A model generated the notes under the pieces. The model was not told the origin of the DNA. It ran no database searches and was given only the letters and a program-made list of their open reading frames with translations. Both the position numbers and the translations under genes were made by a program. Shown piece by piece: positions 9,849 to 18,595 of a stretch of 64,000 nucleotides of DNA (within the stretch, counting starts at the first letter, position 1; each line of letters opens with the position of its first letter). This DNA is from a virus, in the IMG/VR virus record IMGVR_UViG_3300025941_000016, positions 1 to 64,000 of that record. One strand, 5' to 3'.

Positions 9849-9900
9849 GTCCTAAACGACTAGTCGCCCTTGACGGATCAAGGACAGTCTAGGACAATGG
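9849..9900 (+). promoter_or_regulatory. Divergent control region with a sigma70-type promoter
   Basis: TTGACG (9870)-17 bp-GACAAT; AGGACA direct repeats at 9881/9891; CGACTAGTCG palindrome; lies between divergent operons. Confidence 0.5.
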
Positions 9901-9944
9901 TTGTGGCGCCCGCACCGCACGGGCTCTGAGCAGGGGGGCTTCTG

Positions 9945-10271
9945 TTGACCATCACCACCGACCAGCCAGCACTCGCCGGCCTGGCCGCCATAGACCCGCA
10001 CGACGCGGCGCTGATCGCCGTCATCTCGGGCGGGGTCGACCCGTTCGAGCCCTACGCCAAGGCGACCTGTCCAGACGGCGAGGACTTGGACGGCTACCGC
10101 TGGGATCTGCTGGAGGAAGCCCAGAACCTGGCCATCGGCAACGCCAGGCTGGCGGACGCCGTCCAGAAGTTGATCGACGTGTTCTGGCCACCGGTCGACG
10201 TCGAGGACGTGTTCCCGATCGCCCCGTACGGGGTCACCGAGGACTACGAGCCCGTCGAGGTGGCCCGGTGA
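9945..10271 (+). CDS. Hypothetical protein
   Basis: First gene of the plus-strand operon; G-rich RBS; GTGA coupling. Confidence 0.65.
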   Translation: MTITTDQPALAGLAAIDPHDAALIAVISGGVDPFEPYAKATCPDGEDLDGYRWDLLEEAQNLAIGNARLADAVQKLIDVFWPPVDVEDVFPIAPYGVTEDYEPVEVAR

Positions 10272-10612
10272 GCCTCGCCGACTTCCAGGCGTCGAAGGCG
10301 TTGCGTAACGAATCCTTCGCCAGTCTGATCATCGCCGCTCACCAGCGTTCCCACGCCGACGACGCGGACCGCATCGACGAGACGTGGCACCGCTTCTTCG
10401 AGTTCCCAGACGATTACGGGTTCGACCACCGGGAGGCCGCGTCGATGCCCGAGGCGACGGCCAGCGCGCTGCTGATGGCTGCCTACTGGAAAGCGGACAG
10501 CATCAACATGCTGGGGCTCGCGCACAACTGGCCGCTGCTGTGCGCAGAGACCGAGGCCCGGAATGCTGCGCCCGGCGGGCGGCTCGACAGCGACCCGGCG
10601 GGGGTGGCCTGA
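10268..10612 (+). CDS. Hypothetical protein
   Basis: Coupled at both ends. Confidence 0.7.
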   Translation: MSLADFQASKALRNESFASLIIAAHQRSHADDADRIDETWHRFFEFPDDYGFDHREAASMPEATASALLMAAYWKADSINMLGLAHNWPLLCAETEARNAAPGGRLDSDPAGVA

Positions 10613-11031
10613 TGGGCGCCACCGTCGTCGCCCCCACACCAGACGAGGTTCGCCGCGCCCACCGGTTTCACTACTGGCCGCTGGAAGCAGCCCCCGTCAA
10701 GGTCGGCGTCGAGATCGACCCGGCCTCGGGCCGAATCATCGACGTGTACGAACAGCCGTCATCTCTGTGGCAGGCGCGCTGTGCCTGCGGCGTGCTGACC
10801 CCAGTCGCCTCCGACCGTTCGGAGGTTGAGGCGTGGGGCCGTGGCCACCGGTACGAACGGGTCATCACCGAGGCCACTGGCGGTGTGCTTCGCGACGGCG
10901 ACAACCAGTGGGGCTTCGTCTGCCCGTGCGGCGCGTTCTCGCGCGGATGGACCCGGAGCAAGGCTGACCTCGTGTGGCGGTGGCATCTGGAGGACTCCTG
11001 CCTGCTGCACCGTGGGGAGGTGGCGGCGTGA
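10612..11031 (+). CDS. Hypothetical protein with two CxCG...W..H motifs
   Basis: TGATG coupling; ARCACG and VCPCG. Confidence 0.65.
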   Translation: MGATVVAPTPDEVRRAHRFHYWPLEAAPVKVGVEIDPASGRIIDVYEQPSSLWQARCACGVLTPVASDRSEVEAWGRGHRYERVITEATGGVLRDGDNQWGFVCPCGAFSRGWTRSKADLVWRWHLEDSCLLHRGEVAA

Positions 11032-11219
11032 GCGCGTTCCTGGAGCGGCTGTCCGATGAGGCGATCGTCGCCGCGCTGGCCGTCGACTTCGCGGCGATGA
11101 GCCCCGGCACACTGCGCGACGACCTGTGTGATGCCCTGTTCGACGAGGCCGGCGGCGACCGGGCCACAGCCCTGTGGGTCAGGGCCTGCGAACTCGACGA
11201 CGCCCGGCGGAGTGCCTGA
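11028..11219 (+). CDS. Hypothetical protein
   Basis: GGAGG RBS; GTGA and TGATG coupling. Confidence 0.6.
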   Translation: MSAFLERLSDEAIVAALAVDFAAMSPGTLRDDLCDALFDEAGGDRATALWVRACELDDARRSA

Positions 11220-11455
11220 TGGGCGCCTACCCCGCGATGGTGACGTTCACCGGTTCCCGCCGTCCGATCCTCCCGCTGATGGTCTCGATTGGAGACAGCC
11301 CGCGCGAGATTGAGGACGCGATCCGCAACCACGTCTGGCCGTCGGTGCTCGGCGACATTGAGGTGCTACTCGACCCCGTCACCGGCACAGGCCGGGTGGT
11401 CTCCGGTTCGCGGACCGTCGCCCACTTCGTCATCGAGACGGCGGTGGCCGCATGA
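11219..11455 (+). CDS. Hypothetical protein
   Basis: Coupled at both ends. Confidence 0.6.
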   Translation: MGAYPAMVTFTGSRRPILPLMVSIGDSPREIEDAIRNHVWPSVLGDIEVLLDPVTGTGRVVSGSRTVAHFVIETAVAA

Positions 11456-11817
11456 GGACTACCGATCTGTTCGCCTGGCAGTTCGACGGTCACAGGGTCC
11501 TTGTCGCCGAGGACCCGCACGGCGACCTGGAGATCACCCCGTACTGCCCGGGACTTGCCGACGGGGCAACACCGTGGTGCCGGGTGCCACAGACCTACGG
11601 CGGACTGTTGCGTTCCACGTTGGACCCGGCGTCATGGTGCGCGTTCGACCACTGGTGGTCCGATCCGCCGGGTGACTGGCTAGCCGACGGTTACACGGCC
11701 GATGCCTTGGCGCCGGGTTTGTGGGAGATCGCCTGGAAGGTCGACGAGGCCCGCCAGGAACCGATCTGGATGCCGTGGGTGCAGGTCGCCACGATCCGAG
11801 AGCCGGTGGCGGCGTGA
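11452..11817 (+). CDS. Hypothetical protein
   Basis: ATGA coupling. Confidence 0.65.
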   Translation: MRTTDLFAWQFDGHRVLVAEDPHGDLEITPYCPGLADGATPWCRVPQTYGGLLRSTLDPASWCAFDHWWSDPPGDWLADGYTADALAPGLWEIAWKVDEARQEPIWMPWVQVATIREPVAA

Positions 11818-12164
11818 ACGTCATCGAAACGATGCCCGAGACGCTGGCCCGTGAGATCGCCGAGGCCACCCATCCCGCCGAACGCGGCGGCTATGTGATC
11901 TGCGCCGATGGCGGCCCGCCCGATGTTCTCGGCGCTGCCGCGTGGACCCGCCACACCTTGGACCGGGTTCAGCTTCCCGCTGGTGCTGTCCGCTGCCGCT
12001 GCGCCATCTGGGGTGACCAGCTCGTCGACGAACCGGTGGCGGATCTGGTCTACGAGGTCCACCGGTGTGTGCTGCCCGCTGACGCCGAAGACCTGTTTTG
12101 TACTGCCTGCCGGATCGCCTGCACAGGCCGTGAATCGAACGCTGACCAGGAGATCTCAGCATGA
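11814..12164 (+). CDS. Hypothetical Cys-rich protein
   Basis: GTGA coupling; CRC and CTAC. Confidence 0.6.
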   Translation: MNVIETMPETLAREIAEATHPAERGGYVICADGGPPDVLGAAAWTRHTLDRVQLPAGAVRCRCAIWGDQLVDEPVADLVYEVHRCVLPADAEDLFCTACRIACTGRESNADQEISA

Positions 12165-12538
12165 CCGTCTTCGACCACCGCCTGACCAGACCTGGCGCCT
12201 TCAACGCTGCCGAAACGACCGGCGCCCACCGGATGCCCCGACAGCCCGGCCCTGACCGCACCCAAGGCGTTCTGGCAGCCGGTGTGCTGACTGCCGGTTT
12301 TCTGGCGGTCGGCGCCCTCGGCTGGTCCCGGTGGGACGCGCTGCAAACCCCGCCGTCGACGCCCACGGCGCCAGTCGTCCAGCCGTCGGATACACGAGCC
12401 GCCCCGGTCGCCGAGTCCGGTTGCACCTTCAACGGCCAGCCCTGTGGTGAGGCCGTGCCGGCTGTCCTTGTAGGACGTTCGCCGACGTCGCTCGCCGTGT
12501 CGGTGGCCATGGCCGCGGTTGGCCAGGTGGCGCCGTGA
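12161..12538 (+). CDS. Putative membrane protein
   Basis: Hydrophobic segment GVLAAGVLTAGFLAVGALGW. Confidence 0.65.
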   Translation: MTVFDHRLTRPGAFNAAETTGAHRMPRQPGPDRTQGVLAAGVLTAGFLAVGALGWSRWDALQTPPSTPTAPVVQPSDTRAAPVAESGCTFNGQPCGEAVPAVLVGRSPTSLAVSVAMAAVGQVAP

Positions 12539-12672
12539 CCAACGACCCGCAGGTCCACGACTTCGACCCCGACTGGACGCCACCCAACCCTTGGGAGCCG
12601 GTGTTCAACGCCCCGGCGGGCAAATGTGCGCAGTGCGGGGCGACCGAACGTTCAGGGGTTTGCCGTGGCTGA
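12535..12672 (+). CDS. Small zinc-finger protein (45 aa, not in the ORF track)
   Basis: MTNDPQVHDF...KCAQCGATERSGVCRG; GTGA coupling. Confidence 0.5.
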   Translation: MTNDPQVHDFDPDWTPPNPWEPVFNAPAGKCAQCGATERSGVCRG

Positions 12673-12814
12673 CGACGTCCCCGAGGTGGTGCGTCTCGCC
12701 CGGCAGATCGCCGCCGACGGGCTGACCGACGCCGCACCCCACGTCGGCCAGCTTGCCGCCGCCCTACACCACGCGGCGAACGAGCTTTCCCATCTGGGGG
12801 TCCGCAATGGCTGA
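12665..12814 (+). CDS. Hypothetical protein
   Basis: Overlaps both neighbours by 8 bp. Confidence 0.5.
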   Translation: MADDVPEVVRLARQIAADGLTDAAPHVGQLAAALHHAANELSHLGVRNG

Positions 12815-13814
12815 CCCCACTCTCCAGCTCCCGTCGGCGGCGGTCCCCCCTTCCGTCGTCGGCGGGGTCAACCTCCGTCCCGGGCCGGTGATCGGCTCCC
12901 GGTCCGGGACGGAGCCCCTCGTTGGCGAGCTGGCGCCGATAATCACGGTTCTGTCACTGGGGGCCGGTGTCCAGTCGACGACCTTGGCGCTGCTCGCCGT
13001 CGAAGGTTGGCTGCCAAAGCCGGATGCGGCGATCTTCTCCGACACCGGCTGGGAGCCGCGCGTTGTCTACGACCACCTGGACCGGCTGGAAGGTGTTATG
13101 GCCGGCGCAGGCATCCCGCTGTACCGGGTGAGCGCGGGCAACATTCGCCGCGACGCGCTTGACCCATCCCACCGGTTCGCCTCCATGCCGCCGTTCATCC
13201 GCAACCGCGACGGCGGGGACGGCATGGCCCGCAGGCAGTGCACCTCCGAATACAAGCTGAAGCCGATCAAGGCGAAGGTCCGCGAACTGCTGGGCTACCC
13301 CTATCCAGCTCCCATCCCGCGGAACGTGTTCGCCGAACAGTGGATCGGCTTTTCAACCGACGAGATCCACCGGGTCCGCGACACCCTAGACGTCCGGTAC
13401 ACCCGACCGCGGCATCCACTGCTGGAACTGGGCATGTCCCGGGCTGACTGCCGGCGCTGGCTGGCAGCCCGCGGCTGGGGTTCGACATCCAAGAGTGCGT
13501 GCATCGGCTGCCCGTTCCACGGCAACGCCCAGTGGCGCGACATGCGGGACAACCGGCCCGACGAGTGGGCCGATGCTGTCGAGTTCGACAAGGCGATCCG
13601 GCACGGTCACGCTTCGGCCAACGACGACGGCCAACCCCTGCTCGGTACCGCTTTTCTGCACCGGTCGCGGGTTCCTCTCGACCAAGCGCCGATCGACCGG
13701 GTAACCCGCCGGGAATGGGCCGACGCCCAGGGCGACATCTTCGATGTCCTCGCCGAGGAAGGCGACTCGGATGGCTGCTCGCCGTACGGCTGCCGGTCTG
13801 GGGCCGCCGCATGA
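12807..13814 (+). CDS. PP-loop / PAPS-reductase-like (adenine nucleotide alpha hydrolase) protein
   Basis: VLSLGAGVQST, AIFSDTGWEP, RQCTSEYKLKPI, WIGFSTDE, KSACIGCPFH, C-terminal GCSPYGC. Confidence 0.8.
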   Translation: MADPTLQLPSAAVPPSVVGGVNLRPGPVIGSRSGTEPLVGELAPIITVLSLGAGVQSTTLALLAVEGWLPKPDAAIFSDTGWEPRVVYDHLDRLEGVMAGAGIPLYRVSAGNIRRDALDPSHRFASMPPFIRNRDGGDGMARRQCTSEYKLKPIKAKVRELLGYPYPAPIPRNVFAEQWIGFSTDEIHRVRDTLDVRYTRPRHPLLELGMSRADCRRWLAARGWGSTSKSACIGCPFHGNAQWRDMRDNRPDEWADAVEFDKAIRHGHASANDDGQPLLGTAFLHRSRVPLDQAPIDRVTRREWADAQGDIFDVLAEEGDSDGCSPYGCRSGAAA

Positions 13815-14095
13815 GCCGTCACGCTGCCCGCCGGTTCGAGACGACCACGGACCTGCACCGCATCGAACCGGACACGCTGGCACTCCGCCGGCTCACCTCG
13901 GTCCCCGAGCCGGAGACGGAGCCCGTCGTCCTGGCGCCCACCCGTTCACGTCTACGCCGGACGTTCGGAGCTGTCTGCCTCACCCTGTCGGCAGTCGTGT
14001 TCCTTGCCGCTTTGGTGTCTGCGGGCGCCTGGCTGGGCTACGCCTACGGGCTCGGCCGGTCGGCGGTTGTCGTCTGCCCGATCGACCAGCGGTAG
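13811..14095 (+). CDS. Putative membrane protein
   Basis: ATGA coupling; C-terminal TM segment. Confidence 0.6.
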   Translation: MSRHAARRFETTTDLHRIEPDTLALRRLTSVPEPETEPVVLAPTRSRLRRTFGAVCLTLSAVVFLAALVSAGAWLGYAYGLGRSAVVVCPIDQR

Positions 14096-14106
14096 CCCCT
14101 TGAACC

Positions 14107-14209
14107 CCCGCCGCCCCGGCCTGCGGACACGGCCACCGATCGGTGCAGCGCCACGCACGCCCTGGCCAACCCCCGAGATGTCTGCCCCGCCACGTGCCGG
14201 GGCGGCGGG
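14107..14209 (+). ncRNA. Intergenic structured RNA candidate
   Basis: Perfect 14-bp closing stem (14107-14120 / 14196-14209) with nested inner helices. Confidence 0.35.
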
Positions 14210-14239
14210 TCTGACCACCACGACCACTGATGGAGAGAG

Positions 14240-14518
14240 ATGGCCTTCACGATCACGCACGCCACCGACGCCGACGGCTACGGCGAGAACCTTTATGTCC
14301 GCCACGACGGTGTCATGGTCGGCAGCCTGAACATTCAGCACGACTGCCCCGAAGACCACACTGTCCGCCGACTCGGACTGATCGCCTTCGTTCAGCGCCT
14401 TCTGCGGGCTGCCGGCGTCGACGACGTGACCGTGCAGACGGTGACGTCGTCCGCCGACGATGTCGAGGACATCGCAGATGCCATCGCGCTTGAGATCGCC
14501 GATCGGACTGGCGCCTGA
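14240..14518 (+). CDS. Hypothetical protein
   Basis: GGAGAG RBS. Confidence 0.7.
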   Translation: MAFTITHATDADGYGENLYVRHDGVMVGSLNIQHDCPEDHTVRRLGLIAFVQRLLRAAGVDDVTVQTVTSSADDVEDIADAIALEIADRTGA

Positions 14519-15012
14519 TGGCCATCTTCACTGCCCGTAAGAAGCCGGGAGGAGAACGAGCACCAGGGCGAGCCCATCACGATCCGACCCCCGACGCATC
14601 GAGAAGGTGTCCTGACATGACCCTGACGGAAACTCCGCTCCCCGACATGCCCGCCGGGCCGGCTCCCTACGTGGAAGGTAGACCGCTCTACCACGTCGAA
14701 CATGTCACCGCGGACCGACTGTGCCGCCTTCTCGTCGAGCACGCGAACCGCTGGATTCGCGAAGGCGACGGCCCGATCATGGCTAGCTTGAAAGACAAGA
14801 GCGACCCTCAGACCCGGCTCTACTTCGCCGCCCAGGGAACCGTGCTCTACTCGTTCGGCTTGGTCCGTCTGCTCCGCTCGCTGCCGCCGAAGCAGGCCGA
14901 CGAGTTGGCGAAGGACATCTGGGAGTGCTGGGACGACGGCGGCACCGTCCACGAGCTGCTGTGGGAGTGGGCCGACGAGTACGGCCAGCATGGCGACGAG
15001 GCTGCGGCATGA
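14518..15012 (+). CDS. Hypothetical protein (start may be 14617)
   Basis: Coupled to the downstream gene; alternative AAGGTG RBS before 14617. Confidence 0.65.
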   Translation: MAIFTARKKPGGERAPGRAHHDPTPDASRRCPDMTLTETPLPDMPAGPAPYVEGRPLYHVEHVTADRLCRLLVEHANRWIREGDGPIMASLKDKSDPQTRLYFAAQGTVLYSFGLVRLLRSLPPKQADELAKDIWECWDDGGTVHELLWEWADEYGQHGDEAAA

Positions 15013-15167
15013 GCAACTGGGTGATCGTCGCCATCGCCTTCTTCGGCTGCATCACCGTCGCGGTGATCGCCGACGCCTGGAAGTCCACCCGCAGGCCGCC
15101 CCAGGTTGGTCAGACAGAGATCTGCCGCACCTGCACCTGCCGCGACGAGACTGGCGACGGCACATGA
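15009..15167 (+). CDS. Small membrane protein
   Basis: MSNWVIVAIAFFGCITVAVIA TM segment; ATGA coupling. Confidence 0.6.
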   Translation: MSNWVIVAIAFFGCITVAVIADAWKSTRRPPQVGQTEICRTCTCRDETGDGT

Positions 15168-15883
15168 CGCGGCACTGGAGCCCGGCGGGTCATCCCTTGT
15201 ACTCCCGCCTCGACTCCGACCCTCCTACCCCTGGGACGCTTCTCGCCAACGACCGGACCCTGTACCGGGTGATCGCCGTCCACGAGTTGAACCCGGCCAA
15301 CTGGGATGAGCGGGACCGCAACCGCATGGTGCAGGCCCTGCGTGCTCGGGACCGTTGGCGCCAGCCACCTGCCCGCGGCGAGATCCGCGTAGACGAACAG
15401 AACCGGCTCGCCTGCTGGGACGGCAAACCCGAAACGTGGCCCCGACGCCCCCGCGCGGTCGAGATCCAACCTGTTTCCGGCGGGAAGCGGGTCCACTATC
15501 CGTGGCCCCACTCCGGGTGGGCGCACTGGTATCCCCTCGACGAACACCATCCCGTCTGCGCCTCATGCGGCGAGCTGTACCCCTGCCGCGAGGTCGAAGC
15601 GGCGAAGGAAGCCGCGCATGAGATGCGCGACGTCGAGAAGCTGATGGCGATCGGTCCTGGCTGCTGCTGGCACTGCGGCGAGCCGATCACCTCACGGCAG
15701 GCGGCGCGGACCTTCCCTGGCGAGAACCTACTTCTGCCCGGTGGCCCGTCGGTGCAGTTCCACCAGCGCAAAACCGGCGGCTGCCTCGACGCAGCGACGT
15801 CGTACGAGAAGAAGTGGCAAGCCGCCAACCCAAGCGAGACGCCCGCAGCAGCTCTGTTCACCGATACCGAAGGAGACAACTGA
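15164..15883 (+). CDS. Hypothetical zinc-finger protein
   Basis: CASCGELYPC and CWHCGEPI motifs; coupled at both ends. Confidence 0.7.
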   Translation: MTRHWSPAGHPLYSRLDSDPPTPGTLLANDRTLYRVIAVHELNPANWDERDRNRMVQALRARDRWRQPPARGEIRVDEQNRLACWDGKPETWPRRPRAVEIQPVSGGKRVHYPWPHSGWAHWYPLDEHHPVCASCGELYPCREVEAAKEAAHEMRDVEKLMAIGPGCCWHCGEPITSRQAARTFPGENLLLPGGPSVQFHQRKTGGCLDAATSYEKKWQAANPSETPAAALFTDTEGDN

Positions 15884-16203
15884 TGGGCTGGGCATCTGCC
15901 GGCGACATCTTCGACCCGATTGCACAGGCGCTCATCGACTGCGACGCGCCGGACGAGATGAAGCGGACGGTGCTCGGCGGTCTGATCGGTCGGCTGCTCG
16001 AAGAGGACTGGGACACCGCCCGCGACTCGCTCGACCAGTTCAAAGGCGACCCGGCGATCGTCGCCGCGTTCGCTGACCGCGGGGTCAAGTTGTGTGGCTG
16101 CTGCTCCCGGCCCTCGTACTACGAGGTCCCGGAAGACGGCCAGCCGGGCGACGACTGTGCGGGCTGTGACCACCCGGCTGGGGAGCATGATGACGGCCGC
16201 TGA
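15883..16203 (+). CDS. Hypothetical phage protein
   Basis: AAGGAG RBS; MGWASAGDIFD...EEDWDT; C-terminal CGCC...CAGCDH. Confidence 0.7.
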   Translation: MGWASAGDIFDPIAQALIDCDAPDEMKRTVLGGLIGRLLEEDWDTARDSLDQFKGDPAIVAAFADRGVKLCGCCSRPSYYEVPEDGQPGDDCAGCDHPAGEHDDGR

Positions 16204-16558
16204 CGGGGTGCTGAACGAGGTCGAGATTCTGGCCCAGCTCGACTCCGGCCTGGCCGTCGTGGTCCGCCTGCCCCCATTCCGGAAGCCCTACAGCGCGTTC
16301 CTCAAGCGGCTGTCCACGGAGGGCCGGCTGGTACGAATCTCCCGGCCCGGCCCGTGGGGCAACCCGTACAGGCTGGCCCCGGGTGCCGGTGAGGTGGAGC
16401 GGGCGCGGGCCATCGCCACCTACGAACACCACCTTGACAGCCGTCCCGACCTGCCGGCAGCGCTCCCCGAACTGCGCGGCAAGGCACTCGGGTGTTACTG
16501 CGCCCCGCTCGCCTGCCACGGAGACGTCCTGGCGGCGCGGGTCAACGCCCTCAGCTAG
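16187..16558 (+). CDS. DUF4326-domain protein
   Basis: ISRPGPWGNPY...ELRGKALGCYCAPLACHGDVL. Confidence 0.9.
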   Translation: MMTAADGVLNEVEILAQLDSGLAVVVRLPPFRKPYSAFLKRLSTEGRLVRISRPGPWGNPYRLAPGAGEVERARAIATYEHHLDSRPDLPAALPELRGKALGCYCAPLACHGDVLAARVNALS

Positions 16559-16791
16559 TTCTGGGCGCGCTGGAGCCGAACCAGCTTGGCCCGGTCGCGG
16601 AACTTCTGAACGGTCGACAGGGAAGTTTCCAGGCGGCGGGCCGTGTCGGTGGGGCCGATGGCGTCGGCGAGGTCTGCGATGGCAAGTGCACGGTCGTCGG
16701 CTGCGCGGGCTCGTTCCTGTTCGGCTGCGGCGATGCGGTCCCGGGCCATCTTCTCGGCGGCTAGCAGGTTGTCGATGGTCGTACCGGTCAT
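16555..16791 (-). CDS. Small HTH DNA-binding protein, probably leaderless
   Basis: GPTDTARRLETSLSTVQKF HTH; TACCAT -10 lies 6 nt before the ATG. Confidence 0.7.
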   Translation of the reverse strand: MTGTTIDNLLAAEKMARDRIAAAEQERARAADDRALAIADLADAIGPTDTARRLETSLSTVQKFRDRAKLVRLQRAQN

Positions 16792-16797
16792 GGACCG

Positions 16798-16870
16798 ATG
16801 GTAGCCGGTTCGCATGAACCTTAGATACCCCTAGCCACATGTCACCCATGGGTATATGGTGGACATGTAA
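16798..16870. promoter_or_regulatory. Divergent promoters with palindromic operators
   Basis: ACATGT at 16837/16863; ACCCATGGGT 16844-16853; plus-strand -10 TATGGT at 16855; minus-strand -10 TACCAT. Confidence 0.5.
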
Positions 16871-16890
16871 CCAACCGGCGGGGGGAACCG

Positions 16891-17637
16891 ATGAGCACCG
16901 CAACCACCACCAGCACCAAGGCCCGGACCATCCCCGGCATCACCCTCGACCACGGCCACGGCATCGCCCGCGTCTACCGGATCATCGGCTCCACCGGCAC
17001 GACCTACACCACCACCGAAGCCACCTGCGACTGCACAGCCGGACTCAACGGCCGCGACTGCAAGCACTGCCGCCAGATCCGCGACCTGCACGCCACCGAG
17101 ACCGCGACCCCCACCGTCACGCCGGCCCGCGACCCGTTCGACCTGCTGCCGGCCCCCGCGCCGGACTTCGACGAGCCGGCCGACCACGCCGTGTCCGTCG
17201 AGACCGCCGCCCAGACCCTCGGCGGCATTCAGATCAAGACCGTCCGCCGCTACCTCGCACAGGGAAAGCTGGCGCCCCTCGACGGAGGGGTCTCCGCGAA
17301 CTCGGTCGACACCTACGCGAAGCTCCGCGACGCCAACATCACCCGCACCCGCTTCAAGAAGGCCGCCCCCGCCGTCGAGCTGACCGAATTCCAGGAAGCA
17401 GCCGCCGGATGGGAAGAAGCCCAGCGCCTCGACCGGCTCGTCCGCGCCCTCAAGGACAAGTACGGCCCCGTCCTCGACCGCTACGGCGTCGGTGTCCACG
17501 ACGGCATCCGCTACGAGGAGACCGCCGGCCGGCTCTGCGACGACGTCGCGCAGATCAAGGCCGACTACGAGGCGTGGGGCAAGCCGGTGCCGAAGCGGCG
17601 CGCCAAGGGCTCCCGCCGGTTCACCCCGGTCGCCTGA
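16891..17637 (+). CDS. SWIM zinc finger + excisionase-like HTH protein
   Basis: CDCTAGLNGRDCKH (SWIM CxC...CxH); VSVETAAQTLGGIQIKTVRRYLAQGKL. Confidence 0.75.
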   Translation: MSTATTTSTKARTIPGITLDHGHGIARVYRIIGSTGTTYTTTEATCDCTAGLNGRDCKHCRQIRDLHATETATPTVTPARDPFDLLPAPAPDFDEPADHAVSVETAAQTLGGIQIKTVRRYLAQGKLAPLDGGVSANSVDTYAKLRDANITRTRFKKAAPAVELTEFQEAAAGWEEAQRLDRLVRALKDKYGPVLDRYGVGVHDGIRYEETAGRLCDDVAQIKADYEAWGKPVPKRRAKGSRRFTPVA

Positions 17638-17696
17638 TCCCCTCACCGCTCCGGCCCGCATGGGGCCGGAGCGGTTCAACCCCGAAGGAGAACCCC

Positions 17697-18035
17697 ATGC
17701 AACTCGTCGGATTCCTGACCAACGTCAACTACCAGCTACTCCGAGAAAAGCTCGGCGAACCGACCAGCACCTTCGGCGACAAGACGATCGTCGAATGGGA
17801 CATGACCACCGACGGGACTTTGCTGCCCTGCGGCGGTTCCAACCTCGCCGCCGTCTCCGTCTACGACTGGAAGACCGACAGGTACAGCGTCGGTCACGAG
17901 CCTGGCGAGGACGACATCCCCGAACTTCTCGACGACCCGTTCGTCTCATGGAACGTCGCCGCCGACGACGCGACAACGGCCCGCCGGGCGCTCGTCGAGG
18001 TCGGGTTGGGCCGGTACTTCCGCGCCGACCAGTGA
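17697..18035 (+). CDS. Hypothetical protein
   Basis: GAAGGAG RBS; SVYDWK motif. Confidence 0.7.
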   Translation: MQLVGFLTNVNYQLLREKLGEPTSTFGDKTIVEWDMTTDGTLLPCGGSNLAAVSVYDWKTDRYSVGHEPGEDDIPELLDDPFVSWNVAADDATTARRALVEVGLGRYFRADQ

Positions 18036-18093
18036 CCCTTGCTGCTCCCGCCCAGACCGGGCGGGAGCGGCCCCAGCCGAAAGGACCGACACC

Positions 18094-18411
18094 ATGCGTG
18101 ACCTGATCGCCGAGACCGTTCTGACCGACGGGCCGATCCGCTGGCACCACGAGCACCGGCACAGCCTCGACGACGTCGCCGACTACGTCGTCGTCGCAAC
18201 CCGCCGGACCGGTGAGGCGATCTACCGCCGTGACCTGGCCATCGTCGAGGACGCCGGCCAGGCGGTGGAGATCGCGCACGCCAAGCGCACCCGGGTGGAC
18301 ATCTCCGACGGCTACGCGATCGTCGAGTCGGTTTTCACCTGCGGCTGCCGCTCCGATGCCCTGCTGTACCAACAGTCCCGCCGAACCGAAGAAAACACCC
18401 ATGAGCAGTGA
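18094..18411 (+). CDS. Hypothetical protein
   Basis: GAAAGGA RBS. Confidence 0.7.
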   Translation: MRDLIAETVLTDGPIRWHHEHRHSLDDVADYVVVATRRTGEAIYRRDLAIVEDAGQAVEIAHAKRTRVDISDGYAIVESVFTCGCRSDALLYQQSRRTEENTHEQ

Positions 18412-18595
18412 ACTCCCCGACCGGCACGCCGCGGAGCCCCGCCACCTGGTCACCGTCGGCGTTGACGTGACGGCCTGCGGCCTCACCCGCCCGTGGGATC
18501 GAGGGCTGGACTACACATCCGCTCTGCGCCTTGTGACCTGCGCCCGGTGCCGGGCAACAGGTGCAGCCGCTAACCCCGAAAGGACCCTGCGATGA
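18401..18595 (+). CDS. Small zinc-finger protein
   Basis: H...TACG...VTCARC. Confidence 0.6.
   Translation: MSSELPDRHAAEPRHLVTVGVDVTACGLTRPWDRGLDYTSALRLVTCARCRATGAAANPERTLR

Noticed and set aside
12807-13814. QueC / 7-deazaguanine or complete Dnd system
   Set aside because: It lacks the SGGxDS QueC signature, and no folE, queD, queE, dpdA or dnd partners are in the window.
14107-14209. tRNA gene
   Set aside because: No recognisable TTC T-loop, D-loop or cloverleaf geometry.
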